The notes beneath the pieces were generated by a model. That model was not told where the DNA came from and made no database searches. It saw only the letters and a list, made by a program, of their open reading frames with translations. Shown in pieces: positions 27,448 to 38,300 of a DNA stretch of 64,000 nucleotides (positions within the stretch are counted from its first letter, which is position 1; each line of letters begins with the position of its first letter). The position numbers and the translations under genes were made by a program. Source of the DNA: Eledone cirrhosa. Taxonomy: Eukaryota. The stretch spans positions 20,026,001 through 20,090,000 of the forward strand of contig OZ024761.1 of NCBI GenBank assembly GCA_964016885.1, written 5' to 3'.

Positions 27448-29242
27448 GCTATGTATAAGATGTTGAGCTTTCAGGCTGTGTATCCAACACTCCTATCAGT
27501 AAATGATGGAGTTAGGATCAAGCACTCAACATGTGAATCATGTACACACATGTGGGTATATATATATATATATATATATATATGGAGGAAAAGCCGCAGT
27601 TCGTGGCAGACCCCAAGGATGACCCCTCCTCCATACACATCAAAATGTTGATGATGATATTTGAAATAAGACGTGACTTCTCCTGCAACATTTTTAAAAT
27701 TCATATTTTCTGTCATTTTTTCTCACATTCAATCGATTTAGTTGGCTTTTTTATTTCTTACTTTTGTCTCTTAACGAGATAGCCATAGCATGTCGTCTGC
27801 TTTTCTCTCCTAAAAGACATTTAACATATTTCTAACAACTTATTTCATGTGTTTCTCGTCCCCACCTTTCTTTGTAATCAACTTCACATATTACTCAATA
27901 ACCAGATCAATCGATCGATAGATCTGTCTGTCTTGTCATTTCTCTTTCTCTTTTGGATATTTTATAACAATAATTGTTTCTGATTTAGGACAAGACCAGC
28001 AATTTTGGGGGAGGAGAAAGTCAATTAAATAGACCCCAGTGCATCACTGGTACTTTATTTTATGGACCCCATAAGGATGAAAGGCAAAGTCAACCTCGGC
28101 GGGATTTGAACTCAGAATGGCAAGGGCCGTAACTCTATGTATCAAAGTATGGTGTCCGACCCTCTACCGATACTCCCAATCCACCACCTAATAATAATAA
28201 TTGTTGATGAGAGTCGGGCGTGTTTCATTTTTAAATAGTCATAATTTAATTCTATTATATATATATATAATAAAAACAGACATGGTCGGTGGGCCGGACA
28301 ATTGGTTTACATTGCATCCTAATACTTTGGGTTTTATGAGGCCGAACCTATTTTTTTTAGGGACCCAGTTTCAAAAGTTCTAGTGTGTGTTTTGTTAATA
28401 TATAGTTTTGTTGTTTATTTGTAGTGAAGATGTGTGCTTGATGAGTGTTTAGGGAGTTTAGCTGGCAATAATGTGTTGTACCTGTAATTCAAGGGGTCTA
28501 GCCTTGTCACACGTTGTGTCACGCTGAATCTCCCTGAGAACTACGTTAAAAGTGCACGTGTCTGTGGAATGCTCCCCCACCATTTACTGTAATACACGCT
28601 GGACTTTACCTGTAATCGAAGTCACACGTGTCACGCTGAATCTCCCTGAGGACAGCAAGTGGCAGGAAAGTGTCACTTACTGTGTAGTTACTATGGTGAT
28701 ATCTATGTATTTCACACACAGTCTCTCTCTCTCAATATTTTGGATAATGAACTGGCCTTCATTAATGAATTAAGTTTGTGAACCGATCAACCGAGGTCTA
28801 CTATTTTAATATTACTTCAATATCAGCATTTATAAAATATGTTCCAATAAAATTTTGACACATTTTTGTGTCAGCAAGTATGTTATTTCGACATCAAACG
28901 GAATATTTAATGAGTTTATATGCATAAATGTAAATTGAAGACTTTCCAAGTGATTAAAATTTAATTTTCCCACGGAACCCTTATTTCATCCTTATGGGGT
29001 TGATAAAATAAAGTACCAGTAATGTACTGGGTAATTGGTGGCCTTGTGCCAAAAGTAGAAACAATTATTTATATATATGAGTACAGATATATATATATTC
29101 ATGTGTGTACATATGTATACTTACTTTAATATATATCATCATCATCATCAAAAGCGGATGTAAAATGATGATATATATTAAAGTAAGTATACATATGTAC
29201 ACACATGAATATATACATATGTGTGTGTATATATATATATAT

Positions 29243-29535
29243 ATATCAGTGGCGAAGGCTAACCTGGAAATGTCAGGTCACCAGTTGGTGCTACTGGTAA
29301 CATGTATCCCAGTACAACCTGTCCCATGGTCGGGTCGTTGGCGACTAAACTGGCAACCCCACCAAGGTTTCTTGGTGAGGAGGGTGACTTTGGACATCCT
29401 GCAGGACTAAAAACAAAACCTGTCAAAGGGCAAAGGAGCTCTTAAGAGTCAATGGCCATCCAAAATCACTGGGAGAGATGACCCCTTAGCCTTTGTCAAG
29501 GCAGAATTCTAGGAGAAGGAAAACTCTGATATAAC
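29243..29535 (+). mobile_element. Probable RTE 5'-UTR fragment
   Basis: GC-richer block ending ctaggagaaggaaaactctga, a motif typical of RTE 5' regions. Its first ~30 bp recur at 29881-29910. Confidence 0.4.
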
Positions 29536-30574
29536 ACCTGCAACCCTGATGGTATCCAATGATGTTGACTTGTTCTTCTTTTTGGTAAATATCATCTTGG
29601 TTAAGAGAGTGGGACTGGCTTTGTGCAGTGCCTTTGCTCACTATAAAAGCTTCACGGCACAGGCATTGCTTTATATCTGAAGATCTCTCTGCACTTGTCG
29701 TCACATGGTACCATGGGCCCAGCACTATGTGTCAGTAATTGTCACAAGTGTAGTGTTTGTACCAGAGTTTTCGAGTCGCTGGCTGGACTAAAAAGTCACA
29801 CTCGTTCAGCGCATCGGTAGGGGTTCTCCTACATGGATATAAAGTAGTGGCCGTACTCGAAAACGAGTTGGCAGCCACCATATATCAGTGGCGAAGGCTA
29901 ACCTGGAAAACAGGGCATGCAGTCCAATCGCCATGGCGGAAAGTGGGGCTGTGCAGCCCCCCCCCCCAATTCCCTCTAAATGACCCTCCCGGTCAAAGCC
30001 GCATGTAGTGTTAGCTTTTTATGTGTCTACGGTTTAGTAAGCAGCCAAAATTCTGCTTGCTTCAACCGACACAATTGATCAACTCAAGATTCTATAACGC
30101 ATGCACACACCCTTCGCCTCTGATATATATATATAATCGGAGAAAGCTAAAAGCGATACTCCGGCCAAATTCCAGCTCACTCAACAAACATTAGGAAATA
30201 CCTGAGTATATTCCTAATTAAACGTTCGGGGTGCTAACTAATTGTATTGTGGAAAATATATATTAAAGTAAGTATGCATATGTACACACATATGAATATA
30301 AACATATCTGTGTGTGTATGTATATATACACACACATATATACACACCTCCAGTGGGTCCTGTCAGAAGCAACCCTCTCCAAATGATCCAGCTGGATTCC
30401 CAAGTGAGACCACCCAAGCTAATGGATGTTACCGAACCATCTTGCTCGAGGTCTACTCCTGGGTCTCCTATCAGTTGGTTTTGCCAGTAAAATGTCCAAC
30501 GATTCTCTCCTGAGATATTCTAACCACGTCCTTAGTATCGGAGCTGTGATCTCTCAATTCAGAGAATATATCTG

Positions 30575-30737
30575 ACACCCCAGTTATGTCCACTGGAACC
30601 CCAGCTAAACCCCCAGCCCCACCCCAGTCTGTCCACTGGAACCGCCAGCCCTACCCCAGTCTGTCCACTGGAACCCCAGCTAAACCTCCAGCCCCACCCA
30701 GTCTGTCCACTGGAACCCTAGCTAAACATCCACCCCA
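30575..30737. repeat. About 41-bp tandem repeat, ~4 copies
   Basis: ccagtctgtccactggaaccccagctaaacc..cagccccac repeated. Confidence 0.85.
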
Positions 30738-30907
30738 GGGTTGTTGTTTCTCTGAAGCAGAACGTGTCAACGTTTGATTGGTTGTTTGTGATTTTAGCAT
30801 TAGCACAACATACACACATACATACATACATACATGTAGATACATACACACATACATACACGTAGATACATATACATTTTTTTAATGCTAATACGGCGAT
30901 GCATGTA

Positions 30908-30938
<31 letters not shown>

Positions 30939-31258
30939 TGTGTGTGTATGGGAAGGGAAAATAACACGGATCAATATAATACAATGATTGTGTAGTTTAA
31001 CGTTTAATATATATATATATATACACATACAACTGTATAAATTTGCAGTTGGTTAACATTATAAATGCATAAATAACATTACACACACACACATATATAT
31101 ATGTATGTACGTCAATACTCATCTTTTTCCATTTCTTCGAGGGTTCTTAACCCCACTATCAGGCTAAATAATTTCTTTAATTTCTTTAGTCAAAATACGT
31201 CGATAGCTTACATTTTTAATAATTTCAAACCCACTCGCTGTTTCGAAAATATTCTTAC

Positions 31259-31289
<31 letters not shown>

Positions 31290-31619
31290 AGCGAGTTAAA
31301 GAACCCCAGTCTTTATTTATTCCATCCCTAAAACAATTGGTTGTGTTTTGTTCCAACAATTGAAAGAAACAACAAAACTAAAATGTCGTAGCCTGGCAAA
31401 TATTGTCACAATTCGTGTCGAAACAGATCTCTGTATAAATATGTAGTTATTATTGCTTCTTATCAGGTATTTGTGCTAAATAATGTAACATATATCAATC
31501 AGTGAGTCAAGTGGTTTCCAGGTCCTTGTATTGTTAATGTAATACTAATCACATGGACTACAACAACAACACATTCACTTGTTACTGCTGATCATTGATA
31601 ATATTTTAAATAACATCAA

Positions 31620-31852
31620 AACATCCACGAGTCTCGTTTGTATTGGTTCGTCACTGTCTCTTTCTGTAGCGCGGCAACCATTTTGAAATTGTATGGAGGC
31701 ATCGAAGTGCAACAAAATAACCAAACACAAACCAATGTTTTCTTTAACAAAATGAAGTCTTTTTTTTCTGAGTGATGGGGAAAAAATATATTCAGATATT
31801 TGGTTTGGAGAAAATAAAACATTAATACTTTATTTAAATACCGTAAAAATAG
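31620..31852 (+). promoter_or_regulatory. Putative promoter and non-coding first exon of gene A
   Basis: Non-repetitive patch with CpGs, ATTGG (reverse CCAAT) near 31642 and a YY1-like gcggcaaCCATTTTg near 31672-31685. Donor AG|GTAATT at 31852/31853 matches an acceptor ctttctatttttctAG| at 34576. Confidence 0.4.
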
Positions 31853-31939
31853 GTAATTTGTTTTAAATAGTGCTATTTATAAGAAGGGAACCCCTCTCTC
31901 TTCCTCCCTCCTCGCTAAAAACACTAAATTCTGGTTAGA

Positions 31940-32090
31940 CCAATTCCTCTTTGTGCCTGTTGCCTTCGAAACCTTGGGTGTCCATAAAATTGGGAAGAGT
32001 GTATCTCACCTGGAGCAGAGGACCAGAGAGGATGTTGCTGCCTGTTTTTCGCAGCAGTGCTTTCACCATTTTGTCCACAGAGCACAGTTG
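31940..32090 (+). mobile_element. Possible CRE-clade non-LTR C-terminal remnant
   Basis: FVPVAFETLG...HLEQRTRE resembles the FxPxAxETLG motif of RLE-type (CRE) elements, recalled from memory. Confidence 0.35.
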
Positions 32091-32164
32091 AAATATACCT
32101 TCCAGGCAGAGGTGTATAATCTATCATACCATCCAGACAGAGGTGTATAGTCTATCATACTACC

Positions 32165-32605
32165 TAGATGGGGGCAGTAAATGAAGGGGAGACATGGAGG
32201 CTGGAGAGAAATGAAGCAATCATGCTTTGATGGATGTATGATGTTAACATTTGTGAATGACAAAGCATGAATGGGCTGAGAGGACAACTGGGTTTGAGGA
32301 ATTGAATGTAGCATGAAGGAGAGAGGACTGCACTGGTATAGACATGATGGATATTGGTAATTACTGTTGGGTGAAGAAGTGTCAGGAGTTTCCAGTGGAA
32401 GGAAGCTGCTGCAGTAGAGAAATAAAAAAACAAGGAAAATCTGGGCAGAAGTGGTGAAAATGGATCAGAAAATGGTGAATTTGAGAGAGGAGATGGCAAA
32501 GGAATGTAGTAGATGGAAGGAAACTGCTATGGAAGAGATCCATCAAACCTTTGCAGGCAACGAAAAACAGACATAGAAGATTGTGGATGATGATGATGAT
32601 GATGA
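32165..32605 (+). mobile_element. Older degenerate RTE LINE 3' end
   Basis: Nucleotide similarity to the reverse complement of 21700-22050, with a (gat)n tail at about 32586-32604. Confidence 0.7.
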
Positions 32606-32809
32606 AATCCATATTGTGCGAGGCATTTTTTAAGTATGTCTAAATTAAGATGGCTTGGGATTGTACAGGAAATAAATACTAGAAAACGCCTGTAGTGAAT
32701 TTATCAGATAACACAATAGCAATGATGTGTATATATATACAGATAAATATATATATAAATATATATATATATGATCTTATAATATTGACACTCCGGTTGA
32801 TACCTATTA

Positions 32810-33124
32810 ATGACCTTTTAGTATTTACACTAGCCATATCCGACCAGAATTCTCTCACCTGTTTCTGTTCAAACCAGCTGTAATTAGACACTCATACTTA
32901 TGTTAAGGTATTGTTCTCAAAATAAATAATTGTTTCTACTTTTGGCACAAGGCCAGCAATTATCCAGTGTATTACTGGTACTTTATTTGTTCAAACCTGT
33001 AAGGATGAAAGGCAAAGTTAAACATAAATAATATCAAAATTTCATAGATTCGATATTATGAGAGATAATTATGTGAGGTAAAGCCTTTACCATAAAAATA
33101 TAATTGTAAATGCTAAAGGGTTAA
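32810..33124. mobile_element. piggyBac-like MITE interrupted by a SINE
   Basis: Colinear with the reverse complement of 44660-44856 once 32926-33022 is removed. Confidence 0.6.
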
Positions 33125-33734
33125 TATAAGTATGAGTGGCCAGTTATGGCTGGTTTGAACAGAAAGAGATGAGATAAGCCTGGTATAAAGGGTTAAGGGG
33201 GTGGGGGCAGAGAGTAAACAGTAAACAGCCCCAACCAAACTCCAGAATTTGACCTGTTTATTACTGTCACTATTTACATTGCCTACTTCTGTATAGATGA
33301 CACAACTCTCTATACTCTTCCACTTAATCTTAAGTACTCAGCCATTATCAATATGATATCAATTCACAATTCACAATGATTTTATGAAGTGGGACTTTGG
33401 AAACAGTTTCCACTAGTAACAGTTCAATGTCAGCCAGTGTTTCTATTAGTAATATATATATATATATCGGGAATTTTACCCACCCTAGAGAGATATATAT
33501 CCTTGGTCTACGTAGACTACCAGGGAAAGCAGATGTTTGTGAGACTGTACATAAATGAGACAACATCTATCCATAATAATAATGATAATGAAACGAACCT
33601 ATCGAATAGGACACACATTCATCATCATCATTTTTATGTCCGTTTTTTCCACCATTGCATGGGTTGGATGGGTCCTTTTCATCGCAGCATCCCTCCACCT
33701 GCCATGTTCCTTTGTCATCTCCTCTGTGAGTCTC

Positions 33735-33765
<31 letters not shown>

Positions 33766-33816
33766 TACACACAATTGATATTAAATAAATGGAAACTATA
33801 TTTATAAAACCATATT

Positions 33817-33878
33817 TATTCTATTATATATATTTCAAGAGTACCAAAAATGTTGGTACGCTATCATCAGATAAAATA
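33817..33878 (-). ncRNA. Minimal type I hammerhead motif (family H1), left arm of palindrome
   Basis: Reverse complement reads TATTTTAT-CTGATGA-tagcgtaccaacatttttggtactctt-GAAA-TATATA-TA-ATAGAATA. Confidence 0.65.
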
Positions 33879-34000
33879 CAAAATGTTTTATAAATATTTG
33901 ACATGACCAAGGATGATATACCTTAACGGTTCAAGTTATCCCTGGAACCGTTAAGGTATATTATCCTTGGTCATGTCAAATATTTATAAAACACATTTTG

Positions 34001-34062
34001 TATTTTATCTGATGATAGCGTACCAAAATTTTTGATACCCTTGAAATATATATAATAGAATA
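34001..34062 (+). ncRNA. Minimal type I hammerhead motif (family H1), right arm of palindrome
   Basis: TATTTTAT-CTGATGA-tagcgtaccaaaatttttgataccctt-GAAA-TATATA-TA-ATAGAATA. Stem II is imperfect. Confidence 0.65.
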
Positions 34063-34197
34063 AATATGGTTTTATAAATATAGTTTCCATTTATTTAATA
34101 TCAATTGAATACTTACTCCAGAACTTGTTGAGTGCTTTGAATCAGTTGTAAACATCTATATTTGTTGGATTTCCAATAAATTAAATATATCTTATAC

Positions 34198-34238
<41 letters not shown>

Positions 34239-34979
34239 AGAATAGTCTTCTTCTCCCACTTATTCCTGAGAGGGTCGTGAGGACAGAGTCCTTAAAGACT
34301 CCTTCCAGTGGGTCCTGTCAGAAGCAACCATCTTGCCCGGGGTCTACCCCTGGGTCTCCCTCTCGCCAGTTGGTTTTGCCCCTTAAACTCTGTCCAGCAG
34401 TTCTTTCCTGAGATATTCTAGCCACTCCTGTGTAATTTTGCTGGGTATTGGGGTCCCTCAGAGTAAAACAGGGGTCACTAGGTAAACCAAAAAGGGGTTT
34501 GAGAAGCACAACTGTAGCATAATTGTTCTTGTTATTTCTGTACATTGTTATTTATGTTGTCTTTCTATTTTTCTAGATTATCAAAGACAAAGACTATTTG
34601 AACTGGGACATGACCCTGGATATTTTACCTCATTTATTTGGAACTTGGAACCACACGACTAAAAACTTCCGACAATATTAAGGAACATATTTCTCATTAG
34701 ACTTTTTGACTTCATCTACACACATACATGAATATAAATCACTGAAAGTAATTAGCCACTCTGAGTGTGAGAGGGATTGTGAGTTCGAGCAGATTTGAAG
34801 AAGAAACGTTTATTATTATTATTATTTATTTATTATTATCCGAGCCTTACTTGACAAACTGTGTCAAGTGAATGTGATGTAAAATGTATGTTTAGAGATT
34901 AAAATTCGAAGACTAAATTTGGTTTTAGTATAATGTAGACCTGGTGTGAAACTAATCAACGTGTAGTGCAGGTACAGAC

Positions 34980-35273
34980 ATGGATGTCCTCCAGTCTGCT
35001 GCAGGTAACGGAGAGAAAAATGAAAAAGACGGTAATAGTGATCTTGATGCCGTGAAAGTTTCTACACTGAAAGCGAGAACTCCAGTTAGTTCTATTACTA
35101 AACTGACTAATGTTATCTCAAGTTGTGTAACTATTGGAAACAAGAAAGACAATATTATCATAAACAGTTCTTCAAATGGAATTAAAAAGAAAGGATACTC
35201 ACGTGTTATAAACACAGATCAAATTCAAGTTGATAATGGTAAAACTGCTGATAGGGAGAATAATGGCAACAAA

Positions 35274-35310
<37 letters not shown>

Positions 35311-38300
35311 GTGATGGCAGTAATGGACACTACGACAGAGATTTTATGTTAAAACCAAGACCAAAACTGTACATCGATGAAAGCAGAATGGAAACAGAAA
35401 ACAAACAGTTTAGAAAACATAAAAACCCTGATGAGGTCTGTGATGTAGAGCTGAAGTTAACTAAAACTTCTGACTCACCGAAAGAGACGAGTAAAAATGG
35501 TGTCACTGCTGTAGAAAAATCAGATATTTTAGTTCCCGAATTGACAGATAAAAAAAAGTGTGTTGAAGTGAGTAAAGATGGCGATAGATTTGTGCAGAAG
35601 CTGCAAGATACTTTAGTCCAACCTAACATGTCTCCAGACTCCACCACATATATTGGAGATGATGTTTCTTCTTCACAGAAAATCCAACGCAAAGTTTCTT
35701 TCATTTTTGTAAAAAATAATTTCGTCTGTTTGACGTGTCTGAAAAAATTTTGTGGTACTTTTCTCTTCCGCAAGCATGTTTGGTGGCACCTACATGGAAA
35801 CAACTTGAAAGATTATCTCTGCCCCTACTGTAATCACCTGTCGGAGAAATCTAAGTGCCCTACCGTTTCTAAAATAATTTGGCTTTTAATCTCATCTGAG
35901 ACAAGTTGTGTGTTTGGGTCAGGTACTAAGACGCCACACAATTCTGAAAACATTCCTCCTTGTAAGAGTCCGGTACCACAGCAGCCCAACAATTTTGATT
36001 ACCGGTGGGGGAAATTCAAGTCGAAGCAAGTCACTTCATCTTCTATACTGGAGCATGGTACCAGTAGACACAACAATGGCACTACAAATAAACCAACTGG
36101 GAGAATTGATCAGTCTTTGGACATTTCAAATGATACCCCTCTTAATTTATCTGTTACCAGTGCCCACAAGACAAACAACACATTTTTTGAGTCTAAAAAC
36201 AAGATATCAACATACAGAGACACTGAAGTCTGTTTACCCAGGGATTATTCACAGAACCGTTATCATTCATTTTTAGAAACAGAAGAGACTCAACTGATAT
36301 TTGGTGGAGCGCTCGGTGTGTATTTTTGTGAAAATTGCAACAGTAGTTACGAGTCGTCTAAATCATTTTATGCTCATATATTATGGCATTTAGACAACCA
36401 GTTAGATCTTTGTCAACCATGTACAGACCAGTGCGACTGTTCGGAGAGCTCCACGGAAAAGACTCCAGGAAGAACATGCTGTTTAATGTCTTACATACTA
36501 CAATGTCTCTCCGAAGATGATGTCGTAAAGAAACAAGTTAGGCTTTGTTGGAAGTTTGCTGAGAAATACAACACCGCTTTCACGGTGTACGTAACTTTGG
36601 AAGGGAGCCTTGATGGGCCAGTGAACATCTTTAAACTGAACCCGAGAAGTGGTCATTCTGGTTACACTGTGGAGAAAGTCAACATCAAAGATAGCACCAT
36701 TCCTCGCTTGGTTTCTTCTGAAGAATGTTTAACAACGTTAAACTCCTCCGCTTCCAGTTCTTTGTTAACCCAGAACAGCTTAGAGGAGAGAGCTACTTTG
36801 TATATAGGACAGCAATCAAAGGGTTTTATCACTTTTATCTTGTATCAAAATATTTACGAATGTTTGAATTGTAAAGAAGAGATGCGTTCCCTTGACTCAT
36901 TGGCCGCTCATTTAATTCGACATTTCCATTCGGAGGATCACTTGTGTACCTATCCGAATTGTTTCAGCAAAGAATCATGTCCAGTCTTAAGTAAGGTTTT
37001 GCCATGTATCCCAATCTGGGAAAGCAGTTTTAAGGTTCAGGTCCCTTTCATCATAAGCTGGGAAATGCTCCCTACGGGGAAAAGAAAGTTTACCGTACAT
37101 TTCATCAACCGTTATAACAAAGACAGCAAGAGTGACAACCAGCTGAATGGCAGTGGACGTCATAATCCACCTTCTAAGGACAACACTTGTACCGGCTCTG
37201 AAGGAGGCAGCACCAACGTGGTGCAACCGAGGGTGGAATCTCCAGAATCTGCCTCGTTCACTTGTTTAAGGAAGACAGAGGAAACTTCAAAGGAAGAAAA
37301 AGATAAAGAGAAAACAACGCTGAATGATGTAGAAGGTTTGAGTCCGAACAAAGAGAAACACAGCCCTCCACCCTCTTATGTATCTTTTCCTCTGAGGAAA
37401 CCTAGCCCAGATAACTTAATCGAGGTTGATAACATTCCAAGCCAATCGTCTTCCGAAACAGACCAGAGCAGCAATACTCTGGAAGGTTCCGGTAAAATGT
37501 CATTCCGCTGTAAGTCTGACCAGTACGAATGTCTAGATTGTTCGAAACACTTTGAAATGCTGGCCCAATTCAAGTCCCACATCATGTGGCATTTCCACGT
37601 GTTGAAGAACCTCTGCTCACATAACGATGACCAGACCCTAAACTGTCCTATCCTGAGAAACATAGTGTTGTGTCTGCCCGACATGGACAAGATGACAAAA
37701 ACGGTTGAAATCCACTGGAAGAAAGAGTCTTCCGGAAAAACTACGTTTAAGGTGCAAACTTATTACCTGAAACCAGCAAAACCCAAAATAAATTTAGAAA
37801 ACCACGTTGACTTTGCTGCTGATAATTCTGACTCTGAGACTGTAATAGTTGTTGATGATGATGATGATATTGATGACAACGAAGTGATGCTCCAGCAGTC
37901 AGCCAACTCCATTGATGAGGCTGATGACAATGAAGTGGTGCTCCAACAGTCAGCTTCCTCCATTTCATTTGACAGTTCTAGTTCTCTATCATCAGATACT
38001 GCAGTTGGTCAACAAGGGACAACTGCTACAGATGCTACCGCAATACCATGTAAGGAAAATGTTGTGTGTGGAAGCAGTGCTAGAATTTCAACTACTACTA
38101 TGCCGCCGCCGCCATCTGAGGACAGCGTTTGTTCTGCCGTGACCGAAGAAGGGAACAGTTCCAAAACGTTCCTCACTTCGTTGGATGAGAATAGTGTTCA
38201 CATGTCTCCCACGAGTCTTGCAGAAGACATTACTGGTGCTGCTGCTACTACTCCTTCCACCCCTCCAACTACAGTAGCGGAGAATGTTAGGACTTGTCGA

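Larger units (their letters stand above)
33772..34186. mobile_element. Fold-back (inverted) Penelope-like H1 insertion
   Basis: About 160-bp imperfect inverted arms centred near 33938 plus an 80-bp single-copy extension, with (TA)n on both sides. Confidence 0.7.
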
